Below are positions 39,663 through 52,589 of a stretch of DNA of 64,000 nt, piece by piece. Source of the stretch: Nageia nagi (Eukaryota > Plantae > Pinophyta). The notes beneath the pieces were generated by a model that ran no database searches, had not been told where the DNA came from, and saw only the letters and a program-made list of their open reading frames with translations. The DNA lies in the NCBI GenBank assembly GCA_050084985.1, contig JBITNC010000001.1, positions 32,116,001 through 32,180,000 on the forward strand, given 5' to 3'. Made by a program: the position numbers and the translations under genes. Within the stretch, counting starts at the first letter, position 1. Each line of letters starts with the position of its first letter.

Positions 39663-42045
39663 TTACCAATTACCAATATTATATAAAAGCTCACTACATT
39701 TGATGGTGACGTGAGGATTCTTATCTTCGATTTTATTCCAACATTCCCCGCCATCTTGTAAGCCATTCCAACCATGATGTTCATGTCGGAACTTCCAATC
39801 CCAAAAATATATCTTCTCTGGTCTATCTGTGATGGGAGTGGGACCCACGAGAGTCAGACGGCGCATGTTGACCAATTTGGCCAAGACCCCTTCTTCCAAA
39901 CTTGTCTGTAGCTCTTCAGTATTATTAATAGCTATGTGTAATTCTTAATGGTGGATTAATTGGCAACATCCTTCAAAACCAAGAAACACTCTTGATGTCC
40001 TGCACTGTCATGCGTTCACCCCCGCGGTAAATATGTCCGAAGTGTCAGCAAGGAGACCAGCTTTGATATGTCTCTGGAAATGCTACGTTTAACACTTGCT
40101 ACATGAAGATGCTGCAGGCAAATAAGATCAGCAATCCACTCAGGTAAGGCATATTAAGGAACCAAAGGCTCTTGAGGTTTCTAACACAATCTGGCACCCC
40201 TTCAAACCCATCCTCAGACCATCCTAATGAATGTACATTACTTAAATTCAAGACTCTGAGCAGTTTGAAATTCCGGATACTGGGCAAACGATGGATGTAA
40301 GTGTCGCTTGAGTCAATCACCCTCACTGCTCCGACACCTTTAAATGATTCTGATGGAAGTTTTACTTCACTGTTTTGGGACAATGATAGAGTTCGGACAG
40401 AATTGGGAAACTTCAATGGACGAATGACAGCCCAAATGTCGTCATCCCAATCTAAACCCCCCTTTGCCAATAAGATACGATGACATCCAACAGCTGATGC
40501 CTCTTCAACTGTAAATGCACACTTATTTTCTTTAGATATAGATTTGGTCAGATCTAGAACCAAATCATGAACTTTACAAGTTTTTTTCAATTCTTCATCC
40601 TCGCTCACTTCCACCAGACATAAATTGTTGAGTTGTTTCAGATACTTCCACCCCGTACCCCATTGCTCTTTTCCTTGTGGAATAAAACCTTCTGCGATCC
40701 ATAAGTAGATGAGATATTCTGCATCTATTTCTACGTCCTCTCCAAAGAAAGAAACATAGAGAAAGCAAGGCTTAAGCTCTGCAGGTAGAGCATCGTAACT
40801 CAACCGAAGAATGGGGCTCAATGGGGTCTTGAAGATGACTTACCTTTTTTCATCTGCAGTAACTGTGAATTCCAGGAGCTTAACTCTTTCTCCCTGGCCA
40901 TCGATGCCGCTACGGTCTTGATGGCCAGTGGCAATTTGCCGCATTCTTTCTCAAGTTGATGAGCTACTTCATCGAGCTCCTGGGGCGGCCTATTCTGTTG
41001 GCCATCTGGAAAGGCATAAAGGCAGAAGAGATTCCAGCTATCTTGGTCTGATAGAAATTCCATATGATAAATTTGGGAGGCCACCATCATAATGCAAACC
41101 TCCATGCTTCTTGCCACCGGGGATGCCAAGCCTTTGTATCAAATTATTAACACCCTTTACCCTCCATACATCATCCAACACAATGAGGCAACTCTAACCA
41201 TTTAACTTCTCATTAATCAACTCTGCGGCCCGCTCCTCACTTACTCCATCGGCCTTGACTTTATCTAATAAATCTTTATCAAAGTGAGAAGCTATATTAT
41301 ATTGCAACCGGCTAATGTTAACTGTCTTGTGCGTTAGTAATCACGTACTTCATCAAAATCGACCCCGCGACCTCCTTAAAATACACCCCGCGGACAGAAT
41401 AGACTTGAGATATCGAAAGCCAAATCATTTTTTGGTATCTCTGTCGTGCCCTGTGATCGTTATAGACATTCTGCAAGAGAAAATTTGTCTTTCCAATGCC
41501 GCCCATGCCAACGACGGCAAGAACTTGAACTGCATCATCTTCTAACCTTGGCTTCTATGGCTACGGGCCTTGCATCTCTCTCTACCAGACCTGACTTCTT
41601 CCATTCTTTTGCTCTATCATCAGATATGAGAGGTTGACGAACCTGACTCACTTGTTGTATGACGTTAAGGTTCTTTAAATCTTTTATAATTGACTTGATT
41701 CTCTACTTGAGTTTTCTCATTCTTCTTCCCATTTTGTATCTAAAAATGCATGAGACGTTGCCATGTAGAGGTTGAACAGCACATTCTTGAACCATATCCT
41801 CTGCATCTAATGCTATGTCTTGCATTACCAGCAAACCATTTCTTCACGTGCTCATCCTGATCATGTTCATATCGGAGATAACCTCTCACTTTTGTGAGCT
41901 CTTTTTGCAGCCATTCAAAGTCCTTTCTGAAGTGGAGCAGGAGGGATGCCTGAATAGCTACTTGTTCCACGGCCATCTCTCCAAGTTTGCCCGCAACAGC
42001 TCCAGCAAGCTCTGCAATAACAGCTTCTATAATTCCAGTTGCCAT
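39663..42045 (-). pseudogene. CC-NB-ARC-LRR (CNL) disease resistance pseudogene
   Basis: CC with EDVID-like DAEDMVQE; P-loop GMGGIGKT; kinase-2 CLIVLDDVW; GKLPLAIK; LSYDALPAELKPCFLY; WIAEGFI; VHDLV; short LRR. Several frameshifts, a stop near 41703 and apparent small deletions. Confidence 0.92.
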
Positions 42046-43156
42046 CTTTAACTTGGTATTACTTGAAAATGATAAGAAACAGCAAAACTCCTCTGCAATG
42101 CACTACAAGGCGGCCTGAACGCAAATGTGAAAGCACACAAGAATTTAATTCAACTCAAAAATCTCCTTGACAGATGCTGAATTTATGGTGAAAAAAGAGA
42201 AATCCACACTAAATAGCGTCGAAGGAAGGTAAAGAATAACGTAGTGGCATAGCGGAACAAAGTGAGGAAAGTCAAAGAAGAACATGGTGGACCAGCCCTT
42301 TGTGAGGAAAAAGGTGTGCTAGCTGGAGGTATCGTGCCTGCTTGCTCTATGTGTTTCTCTAGAGAGGATCACCCTCTCATGGTTTTCGGTTGGAATTAAT
42401 ATGGGATTATACAATGATTTTGTTTATTATTTTGATATGATGAAATGAAATTGGATCTCTTATTTTTTTTGCAAGGAATTTGTTTTTATTTAGAAACTAC
42501 AATTACTTTGAGATCAAGATCTTCATTAAAATGAGAATAACATAAGATCTTTATTAATTGAATAAATCAATTAAACGTTTATTTAGTAAAAAGATACATA
42601 TAAAATTATTATATAAATATATTTAATGATGTGAGAAAGAATAAAGAGGAATAAAAAAATAAAACTCTCAACTTAAAAAAAAATCTAAATTAAAAACTGT
42701 ATTTTAATTTTACAATTAAAATTCTATTTACTTCATCGTTACACCAAAACTCTTTAGTTCATAAATAGTTACATTTTGACGTACGGAATACAGTTTGTAG
42801 TTTAAACGGAGGCATACTAGAAATGCATTCCATTTAACGTTTATGAAATTAATCGCCTGCTCTTCAGCTTTTGAGGTGATGTGGACAGGGGAGCTTTTTC
42901 ATTAATTTGCTTTCATTCAATGGATGCTTATCACTCGTAGAGTTGTAGTTGTATTGTGTTGGATTACAGCTGTCAGCCACCTGCGTTATTGGAGCATATG
43001 CTTTTGAGCAGGCCTGGAATTTAAAAACATCTCTACCTGTCACTTAATTTCTTTTTGACGTTTTCACCTGTCAATTTAAGATCCGTGTAATTAAATAAAT
43101 TTTAAAAAATTATTATTATTCAATAGTCTTTTATTTGTTTATAGATTGAATGATCA

Positions 43157-43430
43157 TTTTTTCATTCAATGATTGCATACAAATGTCTTTGGAGGATTTG
43201 TTAAATCAGTTATCAAGTTTTCAAAATTAATGACAAATAATCAAAAGTAGATATAAAATATTAGATAAATTGAAATAAATCAAAATTTTAAACTATGATA
43301 TAACTTCATAATTTTACAATTACTAGATTGTATTCGTCATTAATTTTACAAACTTATAACTGGTTTGTTATATCAAATATATACATTTTAATATTTTTGA
43401 AAGACATTATGTTTCATCGTTAAAAAAAAA
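43157..43430. repeat. AT-rich imperfect inverted repeat (MITE-like)
   Basis: AATGTCTTT...CAGTTATCAAGTTTTCAAAATTAATGAC vs GTCATTAATTTTACAAACTTATAACTG...AAAGACATT. Confidence 0.55.
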
Positions 43431-43756
43431 TGTAAAAAAAAAAAAGAGGAAAAAAACATTTAAAAAATCATCAAATTTTAGTGTTGTGAGTCTTGAGGAC
43501 TTGACAACTTTCTTTTATCTTTTTTAATGTGTCTTTTCATGGATTGCGTGTTAGAGATTCATTGCACCGACCTAGTAACTATTCCCTGCAGTAGAATTGG
43601 ACACCACACTTCCCTATGAGAGGGATGCCAGGGTCTAGATTGCACTCCATTCCTACAAAATTCACCATAGGAAACATCCCATATGATCAACTCTTCAACT
43701 GTTATAGAAGTGTTTTTAATGAAACGTCTAATTCATCATCATTGTTCTACACCATG

Positions 43757-44164
43757 AAGTGTACCCTAACTTCATGCTTCTTAAAACTCGATTTAATAAA
43801 TTTAAAATGCGCTAAATTTTTTATAGCTTTTTTCTTACCTAGTTGTTTGCTTATAACTAAGGTTTCGAGTTATCATCACCAAATTTGATACGTTAAATAT
43901 GCATCATTGTAAAAACTATCCAAAATAGCATTTTTTTAAAGTCATACCTATGGGTATGAATTACAACTCCTCATCATTAATTACATTTGCATCGATAGTT
44001 GAGCATTATGTCACATATTTAATTAACCTATCAAATTTAATAATAACAATTCGAAACCTTAGTTATAAATAGACAACTAGGCAAGGATGAAACTATCAAA
44101 AATTTAGAATGATTTGACTTTATTAAATTAGAGTTTAAGAGGCGTAAAATTAGAATGCACCACT
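43757..44164. repeat. Foldback / MITE-like element with ~145-bp inverted arms
   Basis: Arm 43757-43900 matches the reverse complement of 44017-44164 (CCTAGTTGT...TTATAACTAAGGTTTCGA / TCGAAACCTTAGTTATAA...ACAACTAGG). Confidence 0.75.
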
Positions 44165-45954
44165 ACTAGATTCTCTTTCCTATCAATAATATATTTAAAA
44201 TAAATTTAAAATATTACTTTAATTTACTTATTAACACAAAAATTTATAAAAGTTGATAATTTAATGTACAACTACTAGACTAAATGTGTTATATGAATGA
44301 ATAAATATATGATAATAACCCTCATAACTAATGGAATGTGCTCAACTATTTGGTCCTCTCCCCTAGTCGATAAACCTTGCGACTTGCGAGCATTCAATAA
44401 GGTAGACCTGATTGTGACCATCACACTATGAATAAGGACCATTCGAGGGAGCTGGCAATGTCGTTGATTATGGAGAATTGCTCTGGACAGTGTTTTTCTT
44501 AGTGGCTAATCAGCTCTTACAAGCGAAAATTAGGATTTTAAGATTTTCAAATTGGCTAATATTTGGACCCTTGGAAGGGGGATCATTCACCCTAAAATTA
44601 GAGGAAAATATTAATTTTATGTATCCAATCGCCAAAACATCAACATATAGTAGTATATGGTATGTATCCACTTATACCTTTTATTTTAAAGGCTATATTT
44701 TCACCAAATTTTGAAACTGATTTCCTTATTTTCTCCAAGTTTTTTTAGGTCCAAGTCCTTAGGAATAACCCTAGCTTTGGGGCTGACACGTAGTACTCAA
44801 GTTGATCCGAAATCACCACATACAAGGAAAATTTACTATGGGATTTTGATTTGGCCAAAATATATGGGAACCTAAGCAAGAGTTTGGTAAACAAATTAAA
44901 TACAGAGCTACAATGCAATGACTACCGTTTGATTCATACATAGTGGATAATTGGAAGGACACATGGCAATGAAAAAGACCCATCCTATGACACTTTAACG
45001 GATGCTCGTTAAATCCACACTTAACAACTTAACATTTATAGCACACACTTGGGTTAAATAATATAAAGGATTGAAGCATATATCAAATTTAAAGGATAGG
45101 TTAAACTTTAATTTGAAAAGTTTATTTTCTCTTCCTTTCAAGGGTAAATGTTTTTTTCATTTTTCAATCGAAAATTTTTGTTCATGATTTTTCCTAGAGA
45201 ATAAAATTTTCATTCTTATTAATATATTCAAAAAAAATTAAGAATTCAAGTATAGACAAAAGAAACTTGTTCAAATATTATAAATTTATAAAATGTTTTT
45301 TTTATCATGAACATCTTATATAAGGATTAAAAAACCTTATCAAGGAATCATATTATTGTTTCAAGAACTAAAATATTGTTGTATGCATTGATAATGATAT
45401 CTTGCATAAAAAAACTATTGAACATATCTTCACTATAAAGAAAAAGAACCTCCAAATAATTATTTTCTTTAAATATTATTGAGATGAAAATAAATGAAAT
45501 AATATCTTTAAAGAATAAAGACCAATTTGAAGAATCAAATGATAATTGTTAGCATTTGATAAATATAATTTTTTATGAAATGTAAAGTATGTTGTCGTTT
45601 CATATATATAACACCTCCAAACACAAATGCAATCAATATGAATAGTTTTTCGCTTTGGAGTAGTTAATTTGATGTGGTTTTGATGGATCGGTTCAAAATT
45701 GCCCCTTTTTAATATTTTAGAGGCAATTTTCATGGGGCAGTTTAAAATCACCCCAAAAAATCATAAGATGGCGGTTTAAAACCACCACTTAATTTCAACA
45801 TAAAAAAATAAAAATGGTTGGAATACTTTTTGGTGGGTACATGAAAAATAAAATAAACACTTACAAATTTATTTTTTTTCATTTTACCTCACTCTCTCGC
45901 ATGATATGTAGGGTTTTCTAAAATAACTCTGCTAAACTCTACAACCATTTTCGC

Positions 45955-46850
45955 ATTCTTCCAATATGTACCACCATGGAAGCTCTAGAAGAAGGTATGG
46001 AGTCCATTAAAGAGTGGTTGAAAATGGGTTTTGATCAAACTTTGTGATTTTGAATGTGTATCCTTGTATCTATTCTACTTGCATTCAACCATATAGATAT
46101 AGTGAATGAGGGTTGTAAATACTTTGATACCATAAATGAATTTTATTGCATTCTTCCTAGGATGAATCATTATACATGCATTGTTGATGTTTTTGGTTGT
46201 GTAATCTATCTGCTCCTTCCACCATTACCACTTTGTTGATTAAAACTCACCCCCAAATCCTCTTCATATTACATTCACTCTCTATAATCAAAATCACATG
46301 GTAACAAAGGTAGAAATAGATGGTCATAAAACCATCTCCACCTCCTCTGGTTCTAAAGGTGTTGGTCTTCTGTTTCTTACAGTTTCATAATCATACAATC
46401 TCATCACTTACCCACCAAAATGATATGAATATCACCTCATAAAATTTATCAAGAAGGGCGATTGAAGTATACAATGCACATTTTGCTTGCTACAAATACA
46501 AATGCACACTCGTCTTTATGCTCTTCCACATATCTTCAACTCTTGCAAACCTGCAACACCCATAATGCCATGTAGTGAAATAGCCCACAACATGTTCTAT
46601 TATTTTCATTTGTGGTATGCTCTTGATAACCACATATTTTTTATGTGTTTGGTTAGCATCTGCCAACTTACAACTTTTAGACTAGTTTATGGGTGTTTTA
46701 ATAGTGAAGTTCAAGGCTCCCTCAAGATAGCCTGCACAACCAAGAAGGTAAATAATGCATGTATAATGATTAATCCTATGATTGCAAGATATTCACAAAA
46801 TTAAATATTGTAGAGAATTTTAAGAAGATGCATCTGTCAAGTGTAAAATT
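45955..46850 (+). pseudogene. PLS-class PPR gene fragments
   Basis: ILPICTTMEALEEGM; SILLAFNHIDIVNEGCKYF...PRMNHYTCIVDVFG (like ACSHAGLVDEG...HY.CMVDLLG); QEGRLK..MHILL; MIARYSQN. Confidence 0.7.
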
Positions 46851-47144
46851 GGCTACATGATGAAACATAAAGTATCAAAAACTAGTCCAAAATTGGTAAG
46901 TTGGCAAAAACATGCTTGTAATACTTAACTGTTCAACCCAAACATATAAATGCTATGTTATCTTTACTTGGACTATAAATATTATATGTCTTTCCCCTAG
47001 GATAAATTATTCAAAACATCATGAATTAGGTAAGTTAGGGCTAGCTACATTTACAAGCTCTCAGTAGATATATTACCATTAAGCTTCGGTATTGTTCATA
47101 AATGTTACCACATAACCAACTTAGATGCTTATATCATTTCATGT

Positions 47145-47420
47145 AATTTGGATCATTTAATATAATATGATGAATACTCAGATAATTTTATGTCATAATA
47201 TGGTGCATTTGGATCATTTCATATCATATGATTTATACTAGATGATTTCATGTCATAATATGGTGCATTTAGATCATTTCATATCATATGGTGTACTTAG
47301 ATCATTTCAAGCATATTGTTGGAGCATTTATATCATTTTCATACCATATGGTGTACTTAGATCATTTCATACCATATTGTTGGAGCATTTATAACATTTT
47401 CATATCATATGCTACATTTG
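47145..47420 (+). repeat. ~30-bp minisatellite (~60-bp higher-order unit), ~9 units
   Basis: Recurrent CATATGGTG(C/T)A(T/C)TTAGATCATTTCAT. Confidence 0.8.
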
Positions 47421-47901
47421 TAAAAAATTGAATAGGGACTGGTCAGTTCGACTAGGCCATCCTGCGGGAGCCCATGGCCAGCTCTTTGATTGGGTTCATT
47501 ATGATTGAACTCAGGTGCTTTGTAAAATTGAGGATGGAATATCCTAGAAGCATTCTACCATCAATGGATAATGTTTTTAGGCTGCAACCTTTTTTTCGTT
47601 AGTAATTCATTTTGCGATGATTTTAAATTGCCTCATAATAATACATCAAGAGCATCGAAAGTTTTATGTGGCAGTGATTAATTATCGCATTAATTTTTTT
47701 AGCGATGGCTATAAGGGTGGTTAATAACCACCACTTTTTTGTAAAAGGTGATAATTTAATCATGTATATTGCGATGAGCATTACCTCCACCATAGAGGAA
47801 TGACTTTGGTGGTGCCCTCATAGACAACAATGGGATAACTACCAGTAAATATATAAGGTGGTGAATTATAATAGCCGCCAAATTCTATTTTTAGTCTAGT
47901 G

Positions 47902-48200
47902 AAAGGAATTAAAATATGAAGAAGAGAAGCCTAAGTGGTATAGATGTGGTTCATATTATGGTTATTGTCAAGTCATGGGTCATTATACTAATAGTTATAT
48001 AGATCCTAATAAAATACTAAAAGAGCTTCTTGAAAAGAATGTTATTAAGTATAAGAATCAAGAGATAATCAAACTAATTACAAATAAATATATCTATCAA
48101 TTCATGAATATGGTGATCCATCATGAAGAAGAAGTGGAGGATAATTCATCATTTGAACAAGAGTGCACTATTTCTACAAGAGCCAAATGCTAAGGTATTA
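47902..48200 (+). mobile_element. Tat-type gag C-terminal fragment
   Basis: EEEKPKWYRCGSYYGYCQVMGHYTNS...ILKELLEKNVI resembles KPHWYKEDRYCEYHQAKGHATN. Confidence 0.5.
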
Positions 48201-48269
48201 CTAGTCCAACTACTATTCCATCATCAAGTAATATCTCTCCAACTCTTCCTAATGATAAGTTCAAGTATA

Positions 48270-50300
48270 ATTATTCTAGTTAATTAAATAATACTCCTAC
48301 CAAGATTAGCATGCATGAATTACTTATGAATTCTAATAAATGGCAAGTTGTTCATTAACTCCAAGATCAAAAGTATTGTATTAGCTTCAAAATAAGACTA
48401 AGCAAATTGACTTTATGTATTACCCTTCTTGAGTGACCCTTTATATCCCTCAATAACTCTTTATATTATTTAACCTATGATGCTTATAATTCCACTTTAC
48501 TCTAGGCTATGAATTTACTAAAAATAGTAAATAGTACTACTATATTACAAATACCATAATCACTAAGGATTAGGTGTCTAACAATCCCCTCTTAATATGA
48601 AGGGTATTTTTAATTCCAATCATCTTCTTGAACTTCTCAATATTTTCTCTTCCAAGAACCTTAGTGAAGATCTTTGTATTTTTCTCATCTATGGAATGAT
48701 ATTCCAACTGAATTATCTTTAGCTCTACATGATGTTGAATAAAGTATACTTTATGTTGATGTTTTTTGTCCAATCATGAAATTTAGGATTATTGCCAATT
48801 GAATTACAAAAATGTTAACAATTATAATTGGACTTGGATGCACCTATTTTTCCTATAAATTTTTTAGTATCTTCTTGAGCCACACAATCTTCCTTGTTAC
48901 CTCTACAATAATTGCATAATCTACCTTTGTAGTGCAATCTACTATAATGGATTACTTTTAATCTCCAAGATATAGCTACTAATCTAAGACTTATGAAATA
49001 TCTTGAAGTCAAAACTCCATTCTCTTTCTCACCATCAAATTCTGAATCTATATATCCAATCAATTTGAAGTCTCCCATATTGGAATATTTGTTCTCTAAT
49101 TCTTGTGTTCCTTTCAAATATTTGAGAACTTATTTTGTTGCATTTAAATGCCCTTCACATGGTTTTTGCATAAATTGAGAGACAAGTGCAATTGCAAATG
49201 AAATATCTAATCTAGTTTTGGTTAGATAAATGAGACTTCTTGTAAGTTGTCTATACTTTGTTGTATCCTTAAATGCATTCCCTTTAATAGCTTTTAACTT
49301 CAAATTTTGTTCCATTAGAGTGGAAAGAGGATTACAATCTATCATGCCAAATCTATTCAACAACTTTCTAATATACTTTCTTTGAGAAATGAAAATATAC
49401 CTTGAATTTTATCTCACTTCAATGGTTAAGTAGTAATAAGTGTGTCCCATGTCTATCATTTCAAATCCTTTCTTCAAATCTTGTATCATGGATGCGATGT
49501 AACTTTCATTGTTCCCTATTATCAAAAGGCCATCTACATACACCATAAGATATAAAATATTTTTGCTAATCTTTCTAACAAATATAGTTGCATCATCAAG
49601 ATCAAAGTGTTCAAAGTTAATGTTCAAGAGATGCTCAATAAGGTTTTTATTCCAAGCATAAGGAGCTTATTTTAGACCATACAAGGACTTGATGAGCTTG
49701 TAAACTTTATGTTCTTGAACCTTCACTACAAATCCTTCTAGTTATTTCATGTATATGTTCTCTTTCAAATCACCATTCAAGAAAGAAGTCTTCACATCCA
49801 TCTAATGAAATTTCCATCTATACTGAGATGACATTGCCAATAATGAATGAATAGTAGCCCATTTAGATGTAGGATAAAAGGTCTCATTATAATTGATATA
49901 TTATTTCAATGAAAAACCCTTAGCCACAAGCCTTGCTTTTTGTTTCTCATGTGAGCCATCTGATTTGTAGACCCACTTGCATCTAATAGGTTTGGTTCCA
50001 TATGGAGGCTCCATCAACTTCCAAGTACCATTCTTGATAGGAGAATCATAATCCTTCATAGCATCTTTCTAGACATCATGAGAAAAATTTTATTTAAAGG
50101 AAGTCAGCTCATAATCAATAGAGAAATTCAATTCATAATTAAATGAAAATTCCATATCATTAATATCATCACATGAATCTGAATCCTTTACTACTCAACC
50201 TTTTAATCATTCTTGATAGGAAATCCTAATTCCCATCTTTTCAACTTCATCAAAATGAACACTTTGAAGTATTTTTGAGAGCCACTCAGGTATCTTCTAT
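48270..50300 (-). mobile_element. Degenerate Ty1/Copia remnant (RT/RNase H; 3' LTR starts at 48583)
   Basis: LMVYVDGLLI, YRQLTRSLIYLTKTRLDISFA, GYIDSEFDG, KIFTKVL; PPT AAGAGGGGAT on the minus strand before TGTTAG. Confidence 0.85.
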
Positions 50301-52589
50301 GATGTTTTTATTTTCTCAACAAGATAAGGAGGTCCTTATAAGCACTTCAAAATCACCTATTTCCCCTGATCATTTTTTTCATCTTAGCAATTTCGCCTAA
50401 TCACTCTATCATAGCCATTTTTTGCCTTATATGTTGGTCACCAAATTGGTATATCGGTTTCCTTGGCCACTCAACTAGTTAGCTTACTAATCGATCGACC
50501 AACTAGGTTAACTGGCCTATTGGTCTGATGCCTAACATATAAATCCAAATTTAAATTCTCATTTTTCCTCTCTTGGCTATTTGAATCCTTTTGGATCTTG
50601 ACCATTACCAACCTTCCTCTCTCATCCAACCAAATTCTTAAGCAATATCACAAGCCCTTATCACCTCTAGCACTTCCCATGACATGTTTTGATCATCCTT
50701 GTAGGTGTTGGAGAGCATTGGAAGCTATCTTGGATCCATTGGAGCACTTGTATCCTTTTTCTATAAAACTTCTATGCATTTGTGTGAGCATGTAGCATGT
50801 TTGTAGGATATATTCATGGTAGTTTAACTTATTTTTATCATTTTCATAGAGTAGCATGAGCATTTCACATTGTATTATAGGCATTTTATCGCTATATAAT
50901 GCCCATTTGATTGTGGGTTAGGGGGTCTACATTCAATCAAGGAGGTTTAACACCTCTATTTGAGCACACTCTAGGTTATTAAGGGACTAGGTTGTTTATA
51001 CTCCCTCTAATATTTATTTACTTGTAGGTATATATATCAATAGCACATTCCTACATCATTTTTCATAACATAAACTCTAGCATAAGCATTGGTAGTGCAA
51101 CCTTGATATTCTCCTTGGGTAAAGGGTCACCACTCTAGGTTATCCACAAGATGGAAATCATAATGGGACCTCCCTTGGTCCTTTGAGCTCAACTTGGAGG
51201 AGTTTTCTAAACCTTTATATGTTTATTGGGTTTTCATTTTATCCCCTTTTATTACTTTTTTTAGTTATTTCATATCATTAAAATATGTTGATTCTTTCAA
51301 TGGATCATCTTAGATTTATTAAAAATTAAATTTTAAAGGTTTGAAGTCCCCATTCTCATCTAATCATCAATATTTTTCTTGCAAAAAGATTTACAAAGTC
51401 TAACTAACCTCCAAAAAATTAGTTAACCCATCAACTACTTCATAGTCCACTGATTGGCCCATCAATGATCATTTAGATTTCAAATCTCCCACCATCAATC
51501 AATCGATATTCAACATATTAGTTTGTCCCTATCAACTAATTTTTAGTAGACCAAGCTATCTATCAACTGAACCTGAGGGTACTGGTTGGCTCTACTTTTA
51601 GGGTTTGAGTCTATTATCTAGGCTTAGATTATCTTTTATCATTTTTTTAGTAGCCTTGGTCTTGTAACTAGGTGGCAGTAGTCCATTGATAATATTTTTT
51701 AAAACTAGCTTCTAATGATATTATTTTATTTTTAGCATCTTTATAATTTATTTTAAATTATCTTTCATACCATTGTGATCAGTTGGTTGGCTAGTTAACC
51801 AATCCACCAGTTGGTACTGCTAACCAATATGCAATGTACTGGTTAGGATCAGAGCATGTACAAAGGTATTATATGTGTTGAGATCTTGTAGCAGGATCCC
51901 CATGATTGTATCCCATTTTTATCATGCTTTAGATCAGATCTTACTTATGTTATTATTTTTTACTTTTACATTAGTGAAAATTTCATCCTTGGGTGGGAGT
52001 TCCTTATCATATCTTATGAAGGGTGTAATTTGTAGTTTGCATCCATTTAGTTCCATATCATTGGTCAATTAGCCTTGCATATTTAATCACATGAGCCTAA
52101 TATTGAGCCAATAATGTGTATTTCACCACCATAATATAACCCACATGTGGAGATCATTACAAAGGTGAAGTATTTGAGTTGAGCCTTAATGTTTCATCCC
52201 CCTAGTGATCAAGCCTTCATCCTCAAATACTTGATTAGATAAATCCTTCGAAAAAATAATAAAGAGGTCAATTTATCATAAAATTAATTATCATTAATCA
52301 AGATAATAATTAAAGTGAACAAAAAGCAATTATATCAACATAATCACCATTTTATCTTAATCATCATCTTGTCATAATCATATAGGCATTGCTATCTTAT
52401 CATATAGTGTGTTTGTGAATTAAATTTACATCCACTAAATCAAGAGAATAATAAAATTTTAGGCTTTATTTATTTTATTATCATTGTTTGGCATCTTTGG
52501 TATATTTATATTAGAAATAATTTTGTTCTTTCCATTTATTTCTTTATTTTTAATATTAATTAATCCTTGAAAATTTGACACGGAGTCTT

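Larger units (their letters stand above)
45680..47901. mobile_element. Putative non-autonomous CACTA-like element; left end unresolved
   Basis: Right end ...TTAGTCTAGTG at 47901. Degenerate GGCGGTT/AACCGCC inverted pairs at ~45734, 45769, 47715, 47857 resemble CACTA subterminal repeats. Confidence 0.4.

Noticed and set aside
44161-44170. CACTACTAGA as a CACTA left terminus
   Set aside because: Overlaps the foldback arm end and has no matching right TIR or TSD.
47855-47900. Helitron 3' end (hairpin then CTAG|T)
   Set aside because: The same palindrome recurs several times on both sides, fitting CACTA subterminal repeats better; no 5' TC end identified. Not fully excluded.
50340-52500. Possible further LTR / internal fragments with CCAACTAG/CTGGTTGG-type motifs
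   Set aside because: Boundaries and family could not be established by eye.
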